NCBI GenBank assembly: GCA_031400595.1
Contig: JANNQG010000004.1
Location: forward strand, 13,985-77,984
Length of the DNA: 64,000 nucleotides
Reading direction: 5' to 3'
Source of the DNA: Cyclobacteriaceae bacterium
GTDB taxonomy: Bacteria > Bacteroidota > Bacteroidia > Cytophagales > Cyclobacteriaceae
Positions 18,355 to 26,438 of the stretch are shown here, piece after piece (the stretch's first letter is position 1; each line of letters starts with the position of its first letter). The position numbers and the translations under genes were made by a program. The notes below the pieces were generated by a model. The model was given only the letters and a program-made list of their open reading frames with translations, was not told the DNA's origin and did no database searches.

Positions 18355-19335
18355 ATGAAGGGTAAATTGATTGCGCTAGTGCTGTTAGGATGTGCTTCTT
18401 GTATCGGAATAGATAAAAAAGACGCGGTGCCTCGCAATCCCATATTAACCATGTTAGCCGGAGGAAAACTAACCACCACCGACAAAAGTGGTGTGCCGAT
18501 GGAAAAAGGAAACATGGGCATTCTTGCTCTGCAGGTGGGTGAAAAACAAACGGTTTCGCTTGAATTTTTCAATCAATTTGGAGTGAGAGAAACTCCTTTA
18601 CTAGTGTGGACGGTTGAAAAACCAACCGTTGCAAGTGTTGCTAATAATGAAATCACTGCGCTAACTGCCGGTACCACACAAATAGGTCTATCAAGCGGAG
18701 GCGCAACTGCCAGCATTGGCTTAACTGTAGTTGGTGATGCCAATGCAATTGCATCAGTGGTGGTTACACTACCTCCCTCGACATCCTCTACCACTTTACA
18801 GCTCAATCAAACCATTCAGCTCACGGCCACCGCAAAAAATATCAACGGCCAAACCATTGTGGGAAAAACCTTCGAATGGTTTAGCGAAAATAGTGCGATC
18901 GTTGCTGTCTCATCCACTGGCCTTGTAACCGCCAAAGCAGATGGCACTTCCGAGGTACACGCAAAATCGGAAGGTGTGAAAAGCAACATCCTCAAATTCA
19001 ATGTAGGTGCAGCGGCCGGTATTAGAACGGGAACCTTTCAAAGCGCTGGCGGATACTCGACCGTTGGATCTGTAACGGTCGAAGAATTGGGCGGCAAGTT
19101 AACTGTGAAATTGAGCAGTAATTTTCAAGCTAGTGTGGCGCTGGGCACTTTCATCTATTTGGCCAATTCCACTTCAGGCGGAAATGTGAAATCAGCCGGA
19201 CTTGAATTGGGTCAGTGGAGTAGCGGGGCTCGAAATTTTGACGTGCCGGGAGTTACCTTAAATCAGTATAAATATGTGGTGGTACTTTGTAAGCCTGCTG
19301 GTCTTACGTTTGGATTTGCTGAATTAAAACCCTAA
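18355..19335 (+). CDS. Lipoprotein with two Ig-like (Big_2) domains and a C-terminal DM13 domain
   Basis: Start ATG 18355 gives 'MKGKLIALVLLGCASC' lipobox; Big_2 'WFSENSAIVAVSSTGLVTAKADG'; DM13 'YKYVVVLCKPAGLTFGFAEL'. Confidence 0.8.
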   Translation: MKGKLIALVLLGCASCIGIDKKDAVPRNPILTMLAGGKLTTTDKSGVPMEKGNMGILALQVGEKQTVSLEFFNQFGVRETPLLVWTVEKPTVASVANNEITALTAGTTQIGLSSGGATASIGLTVVGDANAIASVVVTLPPSTSSTTLQLNQTIQLTATAKNINGQTIVGKTFEWFSENSAIVAVSSTGLVTAKADGTSEVHAKSEGVKSNILKFNVGAAAGIRTGTFQSAGGYSTVGSVTVEELGGKLTVKLSSNFQASVALGTFIYLANSTSGGNVKSAGLELGQWSSGARNFDVPGVTLNQYKYVVVLCKPAGLTFGFAELKP

Positions 19336-19341
19336 TCATTT

Positions 19342-20187
19342 ATGAAAAAATTTATCGTAGTTAGTTTGATCTTTCTAGTTGCTGCAAATGCCTTAGCCGG
19401 TGGTGGATGGCCACAACCCAAAGGCAAGGGTTATTTCAAATTGTCGCAGTCCTACCTACTGTCATCCAAAATTTTTGATGGCAATGGCGATGTGATCGAC
19501 CTCACTCCTTCCTACGGATACTTCGCAACCAGCTTATATGCCGAATATGGGTTCACTAATCGTCTGACCGGAATCATTTACTTGCCTTTCTTCGCCCGTG
19601 CCACAAAAAATGAATTGCAATACAATCAGCCGGGAGTTCCCTCCGAGCCGGGCGCTGCTCTAAATTCGTTTGGTGACACTGATCTCGCCATCAAATATGG
19701 CTTGATTGTAAATAAACCCATTGTGGTGAGTGCCACCATTTTGTTTGGATTACCTCTTGGCGACAACGGTGCGAGAAACACCAATGCGTTGCAAACGGGC
19801 GATGGTGAGTTTAATCAAATGCTTCGCATAGATGCGAGCCATTCCTTTTATCCAAAGAAATTCTACGTCTCCGCCTATGGCGCTTTCAATAATCGCACGC
19901 TAGGATTTTCGGATGAAGTTCGTTTTGGCGCTGAGATTGGATTGACATTAAAAAAATTCATTCCCATTCTGAAAGTAAGTACCGTGCACTCGCTTTTTAA
20001 CGGAGATACAGGGGTGGTACAAAATGGCGTTTTCTCGAACAACATTGAATTCATCTCACCGGCCCTAGAATTGAATTATCAATTGACAGAGAAAGTAGGC
20101 ATATCAGGTTCTATGGCAACCGCTTTGGCCGCAAGAAATATTTTGGCTTCGCCCAATTTTGGAATTGGTGTGTATTTAAAGTTGTAG
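19342..20187 (+). CDS. Hypothetical outer-membrane beta-barrel protein co-transcribed with the DM13 lipoprotein
   Basis: Signal peptide, 'AGGGWPQPKGKGYFKL', amphipathic strands, C-terminal 'FGIGVYLKL'; 6-nt gap. Confidence 0.7.
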   Translation: MKKFIVVSLIFLVAANALAGGGWPQPKGKGYFKLSQSYLLSSKIFDGNGDVIDLTPSYGYFATSLYAEYGFTNRLTGIIYLPFFARATKNELQYNQPGVPSEPGAALNSFGDTDLAIKYGLIVNKPIVVSATILFGLPLGDNGARNTNALQTGDGEFNQMLRIDASHSFYPKKFYVSAYGAFNNRTLGFSDEVRFGAEIGLTLKKFIPILKVSTVHSLFNGDTGVVQNGVFSNNIEFISPALELNYQLTEKVGISGSMATALAARNILASPNFGIGVYLKL

Positions 20188-20190
20188 GCT

Positions 20191-20306
20191 GCGTGAGGGA
20201 TGTAGGCATTGTTTGAGCCCGAAATGGAACGCGCGGTTGATTGGCGAGTGCCGGCAGCCCGACCCCGATGGCCAGTGGGCGGGCACGTGCGCATCGGGGA
20301 CACGCC
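20191..20306 (+). ncRNA. GC-rich structured intergenic element (Flavo-1-like ncRNA or REP/MITE-like repeat)
   Basis: Termini GCGTG...CACGC; perfect stem CCCCGATG (20263-70) / CATCGGGG (20292-99); second stem GGCATT / AGTGCC; 'AGCCCGACC' motif; family assignment from memory only. Confidence 0.45.
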
Positions 20307-20343
20307 AAAAAAAACCGCCTGACTCTATTACAAATCAAGCGGC
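20307..20343 (-). terminator. Intrinsic terminator of gap
   Basis: Minus strand CCGCTTGAT...GTCAGGCGG hairpin plus U8. Confidence 0.8.
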
Positions 20344-20367
20344 TTGGTTTTACTTTTTTTGAGTTTA

Positions 20368-21384
<1,017 letters not shown>

Positions 21385-21462
21385 TTATGAGGTAAAATTA
21401 TACTACTCTGAAGCGAAAACCAATGTAAAGAGTTCAGATGAGTAACTTTTTTAATGCGGGGG

Positions 21463-21493
21463 TTTGTAAATCTACCGTAGGAATCTATCTTTG
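21463..21493 (+). promoter_or_regulatory. Canonical Bacteroidota promoter for tRNA-Glu
   Basis: TTTG (21463-66), 19-nt spacer, TATCTTTG (21486-93). Confidence 0.8.
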
Positions 21494-21512
21494 CGCCTCT
21501 TTACAGAAAGAC

Positions 21513-21584
21513 GGTCCGTTCGTCTAGGGGTTAGGACACCAGATTTTCATTCTGGTAACACGGGTTCGATTCCCGTACGGACTA
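21513..21584 (+). tRNA. tRNA-Glu (anticodon TTC)
   Basis: GGTCCGT/ACGGACT acceptor stem, anticodon arm CCAGA-TTTTCAT-TCTGG, T-loop GGTTCGATTCC; CCA not encoded. Confidence 0.97.
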
Positions 21585-21596
21585 CAATAATCGTTC

Positions 21597-21623
21597 AAAA
21601 AGCCTCAAATTGAGGCTTTTTTT
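21597..21623 (+). terminator. Intrinsic terminator after tRNA-Glu
   Basis: AAAAGCCTCA-AAT-TGAGGCTTTT plus T-run. Confidence 0.85.
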
Positions 21624-21851
21624 GTTTACAGCGTCCAATATTGCGTGCACATTCTTTGGCCCCTCCGCCAATTAACTCTACTTAATATCTTGCTATCGTC
21701 TATTTTTTAGCTAGTTGAGACAACTATCCGAGAGGGTCTGTAATGCGCTAAAAACAAAAAATATCACCATCTGTTGTGTGGCTAATTATGCACTGCTGTT
21801 TCAATAAACATCGAATTATTACTATCATGACAAAAAGAATAAAACTATCCT

Positions 21852-22286
21852 ATGAAAACAATCTTGTTTACAATCCTTTGCATGTCATTTCAATTTGCAT
21901 TCTCCCAATCTAACATCGAGGAAGGATTAATTCGTAAGGAACGCCAAGCGTCCAATCAAGCTATTGCCCGACACGATATAGACGGCATTTCAAAATGCTG
22001 GCTGGACGATTATGTTGTCATCCGTGGAAGCGGTGTAATTCAACAAGGCAAAGAGGCTATAAAAAAAAACTGGGTGAAAATTTTTAAAGAAACGCCACAA
22101 ACTAATTTTGAACGCTTTCCGTCAGAAATTATAATCAGCAAAAACAACCCAGACTTGGCTTGGGAAAGTGGAGAATGGAAAGGATATAGTACTTACAGTA
22201 AAGGCGGTCGCTACAGTGCACAGTGGAAGAAAAAAGATGGTGAGTGGAAACTGCAGGCCGAGTTATTTGTAGCATTAGAGAAGTGA
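21852..22286 (+). CDS. Secreted SnoaL/NTF2-like (DUF4440) protein
   Basis: Signal peptide; 'AWESGEWKG', 'GGRYSAQWKKKDGEWKLQAELF'. Confidence 0.8.
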   Translation: MKTILFTILCMSFQFAFSQSNIEEGLIRKERQASNQAIARHDIDGISKCWLDDYVVIRGSGVIQQGKEAIKKNWVKIFKETPQTNFERFPSEIIISKNNPDLAWESGEWKGYSTYSKGGRYSAQWKKKDGEWKLQAELFVALEK

Positions 22287-22468
22287 TTCAAACGTTCAAC
22301 CTTGTTGAAATTTGACTAAATACTGTCTTGATAAAACCTTTGATTTGCTTGACAATGCTCACCGGCAAAGAGAAAGGCATTTATTACTTGTGACTTAATG
22401 AAATCCTTAGCATTATTACTATGTACTACGAAGCTGTTGCGAAGTAGTAGACTGTAAACCGCCTGCGC

Positions 22469-23029
22469 ATGTCGGAAGCCGAAATCCGGAAAGAGCAAGA
22501 AGTGATCGAGCGATCGAAGCATGACTCTAAAGCTTTTGGCGAAATCTATGAATATTACTTTGATCGAATTTACAACTACCTCTACCGCCAAACGGATGAC
22601 GAAGACCTAGCTGGCGACTTGTGTTCGCAAACTTTTGTGAACGCGCTCAACCACTTGAGCAAGTATGAGTTTCGTGGGTTTCCGTTTTCGGCTTGGCTAT
22701 ACAAAATTGCAGGCAACGAGGTGAATAAACACTACCGCAAAAACAAAGGAAAAAAAGTGTTTAGCATCGAAGAGCTAAAAGTAAAAGAGTTGGTCGAGCA
22801 AAGTGATGGCGGCTGGGACGAGGAATTGATCACTCAAGTGATCAATTACATGAACGAGCTACCCACAGACATGGTGCAGGTTTTGGAACTTCGATTTTTT
22901 GAAGACAAGGACTTTAAGGAAATTGCATTTATATTGGACATGACGGAGAGTGGCGCAAAAATGCGGACGTACAGGGCATTGGATAAATTGCGCACTCAAT
23001 TTAACATCAAAGTGAAGTACAATGGGTAA
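22469..23029 (+). CDS. ECF sigma-70 factor
   Basis: Region 2 'AGDLCSQTFVNAL...FSAWLYKIAGNEV'; region 4 'LELRFFEDKDFKEIAFILDMTESGAKMRTYRAL'. Confidence 0.93.
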   Translation: MSEAEIRKEQEVIERSKHDSKAFGEIYEYYFDRIYNYLYRQTDDEDLAGDLCSQTFVNALNHLSKYEFRGFPFSAWLYKIAGNEVNKHYRKNKGKKVFSIEELKVKELVEQSDGGWDEELITQVINYMNELPTDMVQVLELRFFEDKDFKEIAFILDMTESGAKMRTYRALDKLRTQFNIKVKYNG

Positions 23030-23288
23030 GCACGAAATACGTATGCGTAGGCAGCGATTGACGGCCCGGGGCACGGATCGGTTTAAGAACTATGGCGCTG
23101 TGCTAAAACAGCACGAAGAGGAAAAACGCATGAAGAAGATTGTAAGAGTATTTGTTTTCTTTTTGCTGATCGCGCTGGTGATCGTATTAATTATGATGGT
23201 TAACAAGTGGGAGAAAAAGGCTCGAGAGAAAAAGTTACCAGTTACTAGTTACCAGTTGAAGGTTCGATGCCCAAGGGTGAATACTTGA
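23022..23288 (+). CDS. Small single-TM protein overlapping the ECF sigma gene (candidate anti-sigma)
   Basis: 8-nt overlap; basic N-terminus, TM 'IVRVFVFFLLIALVIVLIMMV', short C-tail. Confidence 0.7.
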   Translation: MGKHEIRMRRQRLTARGTDRFKNYGAVLKQHEEEKRMKKIVRVFVFFLLIALVIVLIMMVNKWEKKAREKKLPVTSYQLKVRCPRVNT

Positions 23289-23356
23289 AACTCTTCAATT
23301 GCTCAGGCTTATATCTTAAGTCTTGTGCCTTAATTCTTATATCTCAAATCTAAAAT
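23234..23356. repeat. Two heptamer tandem arrays: GTTACCA-GTTACTA-GTTACCA (23234-54) and seven CTnnnn(T/C) units (23308-56)
   Basis: CTTATAT CTTAAGT CTTGTGC CTTAATT CTTATAT CTCAAAT CTAAAAT in exact 7-bp phase. Confidence 0.75.
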
Positions 23357-23426
23357 TAATTACCCCGAACCAGTGACTCTCGCTTCCCACTTGGATTAAG
23401 AAGTAAAATTCTAAACCAAATCGATT

Positions 23427-24110
23427 ATGGAAGCAAAGAAAAATCCCAACAAAGATTTAAGCCTTCAACGAAACAAATTTTTCTTAATTGGCTTAACCGT
23501 AAGCATCAGTCTTGCAATAACTGCATTTGAATGGCGGACGGTGAAGACGAAGCCAACTGTCCCGTATTCAAACCCGATTGAAACAGGTACTTTTTTATTT
23601 CCTCCCATTACAACCATCGCTCCACCAGAAATTCCGCAGCCGATCAAAAAATTAGAACCTAAAATTAAATCGGTAACACCTACTGATTTTGTAACACTTG
23701 CAAATGATGAACCTGGTGAAGATCTGATTCCATTGGTCGAAACCGACACTGAGGCTCCTTTATCCCCGGTATTCACTCCCTTCGTTGACGAAGTCGATAC
23801 TGTGTTTGTGATTGTGGAAAAAAAACCCGAGCCTGTTTACGGGTTCGAAAATTTCTACCAACAACTTGCAAAAAACTTAAGATACCCCATTCAAGCAAAG
23901 CGAATGGGCACAGAAGGAAAAGTATTTGTGGAATTCATTGTGAACCGCAACGGTGAGCCTTCTGATTTGAAAGTGATAAGAGGTATTGGTGCTGGCTGCG
24001 ATGAAGAAGCCCTTCGCGTACTCTCTTTGACAAAATGGGAACCAGGCAAACAGCGCGGAAAGCCTGTGCGAGTAAAGATGGCGATGCAACTCAATTTTAA
24101 ATTGAACTAA
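23427..24110 (+). CDS. tonB: Energy transducer TonB
   Basis: N-terminal TM, Pro-rich linker, TonB_C 'LRYPIQAKRMGTEGKVFVEFIV...GCDEEALRV...WEPGKQRGKPV'. Confidence 0.93.
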   Translation: MEAKKNPNKDLSLQRNKFFLIGLTVSISLAITAFEWRTVKTKPTVPYSNPIETGTFLFPPITTIAPPEIPQPIKKLEPKIKSVTPTDFVTLANDEPGEDLIPLVETDTEAPLSPVFTPFVDEVDTVFVIVEKKPEPVYGFENFYQQLAKNLRYPIQAKRMGTEGKVFVEFIVNRNGEPSDLKVIRGIGAGCDEEALRVLSLTKWEPGKQRGKPVRVKMAMQLNFKLN

Positions 24111-26368
24111 ATTTTGATATTCAGCGATGCCGTCATACATCTTCCATAGCCATCAATACCAGAGGCATAAACGCGATAGGCTTTGTCAAAAATATTTTGA
24201 GCGGAAACTTGAACACTGACAAATTTGAACGAGTAACCAGCATACAGATTTACAATATCCCAGGCCGGCATCGCGCCATCAATCAAGCGCACATTGATTC
24301 GCACATCCGACTTATCGCCCGCAGCCAATCGATCTTGTTTTCCGGCCATGGCCCATTCTGTCCGGATCCAAATCCCTGACAAATGGGTATATCGAAATCC
24401 AACTCGACCAAACATTGGAGGAATCCTGCGCATGGGTTCCTTCTTCGTTTCATTTTCGCCATGGGTGTAGGTTATGTTTCCGAAAACAGTCAGTGACTTT
24501 GCAACCATTGCCTCGATATCTGCCTCCACGCCTTTTACCAACGCCTCGCCTACATTTTGCTTTTGATAAACAGTTCGTCCATCAAAAGTGGTAGAACCGT
24601 TGTAGCTAGCCGTTACACGATCAATCATATCAGTCAGCTTTGTTTGGTAGGCAGTGATCGTCCATGAAAGTTTACGACTATTGTACTTGAAACCCGTCTC
24701 TATATTCAGCGAACGCTCTGGAGAAAGGCTGCCGCTCGGAATCTCAAACACATTTGCTTCTAGCGTGCCAAACTTGCTCATGTCATCCACATTGGGGGCG
24801 CGAAAACCTGTATTGACAGTGCCGATAACGCGCCAATTTGTGTTGATCTTATACATAACTCCAGCATTTCCAACCCATGCACTGGGATTGATTTGTTGAT
24901 TACCAAATACATTGTCCAAAACAGAAACCGTCACATTGTTAAATCGGGCTCCTGCCGAAAATTGAAATTTTTTCCAATCCAATTGGTGGTTTGTGAAAAT
25001 GGCAAGATTTGAAATAGTGGAGCCATCGGCATAAGATCCTCTCTGAGACGTCTCGGTATTGGTTGTTGTATTCAATAGGTTAGCCTTGCTATTTACTTTG
25101 TCGGAATAAAATTCAATACCTGATTGGACGTGCCATTTGGCAGTGGGATTTGAATGAACCTCGGCTATTGCTCCCAAGGTATTTACTTCATCTAGCTGCT
25201 TTTTGATTTCAGTTGAATTGTTCTTTTGAGAAATGGTTCCTTCAATAGAACGATTGATAGAGCCCGTCAACCGAAACGACCGAAGCCAAGGGCTATTTGA
25301 CGAAGTCTCCCAACGTAAATAGCTCAGTTGGCGGGTTTGAGGTTCAAACTCAAATAGACTAAACCCGCCTTGAACGACTTGATCATAGCGTGGCACATGA
25401 TTTTGAGTTGTTTGTTGAAAAGCTGCAGTGAGCACTCCTTGCGCACCCGTCCGTAGTAATAATTTGGCATCTCCTGAGCGCTCGTAATAGCGTGTTGGAT
25501 TTAACACGCCCAAGTCACCGCCAGCCACCACATCACCGAAGTTGCGAGCTGAGAAACCACCCAAAAAAGCGATCTGCTTTCCTCTCAACTCAATCTCCGG
25601 TCGAATGCTCTGTTCCATGCCGGCACTCATCCATTTTGTTTGAATACGTCCACCAACTTGCAATCCATTGGAGTGAAAAGAAGGTGTGGCCGAAATAACC
25701 TGCACCACTCCGCCTAGCGCATCACTGCCATACAATACTGATCCACTTCCTCGATTGACTTCTATCCGTTCAATTAATCCGGGATCAATCGTGGAAAGGT
25801 ATTGATTAGGCCCGTAGCGATACGTGGCATTGTTCAACCGGATTCCATCTACTACCAACAGTACCTGATTACCCACAAGGCCTCTAATGATCGGTGAGCC
25901 TCCACCGTGATTTGTTTTTTGAACCCATACGCCTGACTCATTCATCAAGGCCTCTGGCGTTGACCGTGGGGAGCGTTCCGCCAATTGGGTCGCAGAAATG
26001 GAAGACGTAGTTTGAGCCACATCAAAAGACAATCGTTCACTGCGCTGTGCGGTGATCGTAACAGCATTGTTGAGAAGAATAGCCGAAGGATTCAACTCGA
26101 TGGTAGATTCCTTTTCCCTTCGCATGACGTATTCTATGGTCGAATAGCCTATCGCGCTAATGCGAAGACGAATAGAATCTGAAGACAAGTTATCCAAAAC
26201 AAATTTACCTTCCTTGTCGGTAATCGTGCCGAGTGCTGAATTGATAACTGCGACATGAACATCGGCCACTGGTTGCCTTGTTGCTTGATCAATGACAATG
26301 GCCTTGTATTGCGAAAACGCCAGTTGAGTACCCAGCAAAAACAGGATCGTTGAAAAATATTTGATCAT
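24107..26368 (-). CDS. TonB-dependent receptor (non-SusC; N-terminal carboxypeptidase-like domain, plug, barrel)
   Basis: 'GSPIIRGLVGNQVLLVVDGIRLNN', 'IERIEVNRGSGSVLYGSDALGGV', 'TGFRAPN', 'LSPERS', 'NIFDKAY'. Confidence 0.92.
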   Translation of the reverse strand: MIKYFSTILFLLGTQLAFSQYKAIVIDQATRQPVADVHVAVINSALGTITDKEGKFVLDNLSSDSIRLRISAIGYSTIEYVMRREKESTIELNPSAILLNNAVTITAQRSERLSFDVAQTTSSISATQLAERSPRSTPEALMNESGVWVQKTNHGGGSPIIRGLVGNQVLLVVDGIRLNNATYRYGPNQYLSTIDPGLIERIEVNRGSGSVLYGSDALGGVVQVISATPSFHSNGLQVGGRIQTKWMSAGMEQSIRPEIELRGKQIAFLGGFSARNFGDVVAGGDLGVLNPTRYYERSGDAKLLLRTGAQGVLTAAFQQTTQNHVPRYDQVVQGGFSLFEFEPQTRQLSYLRWETSSNSPWLRSFRLTGSINRSIEGTISQKNNSTEIKKQLDEVNTLGAIAEVHSNPTAKWHVQSGIEFYSDKVNSKANLLNTTTNTETSQRGSYADGSTISNLAIFTNHQLDWKKFQFSAGARFNNVTVSVLDNVFGNQQINPSAWVGNAGVMYKINTNWRVIGTVNTGFRAPNVDDMSKFGTLEANVFEIPSGSLSPERSLNIETGFKYNSRKLSWTITAYQTKLTDMIDRVTASYNGSTTFDGRTVYQKQNVGEALVKGVEADIEAMVAKSLTVFGNITYTHGENETKKEPMRRIPPMFGRVGFRYTHLSGIWIRTEWAMAGKQDRLAAGDKSDVRINVRLIDGAMPAWDIVNLYAGYSFKFVSVQVSAQNIFDKAYRVYASGIDGYGRCMTASLNIKI

Positions 26369-26377
26369 ACTGGGGAC

Positions 26378-26437
26378 GATTCAAAGTTCAAGATTCAAGA
26401 TTGTAAAAACCAAATTTTGAATTTTGAATCTTGAATT
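26378..26437. repeat. Heptamer-built imperfect hairpin (ATTCAAA/GTTCAAG/ATTCAAG vs TTGAATT/TTGAATC/TTGAATT)
   Basis: Two inverted 7-bp-phased arms between the phosphoesterase gene and the TBDR. Confidence 0.7.
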
Positions 26438-26438
26438 C

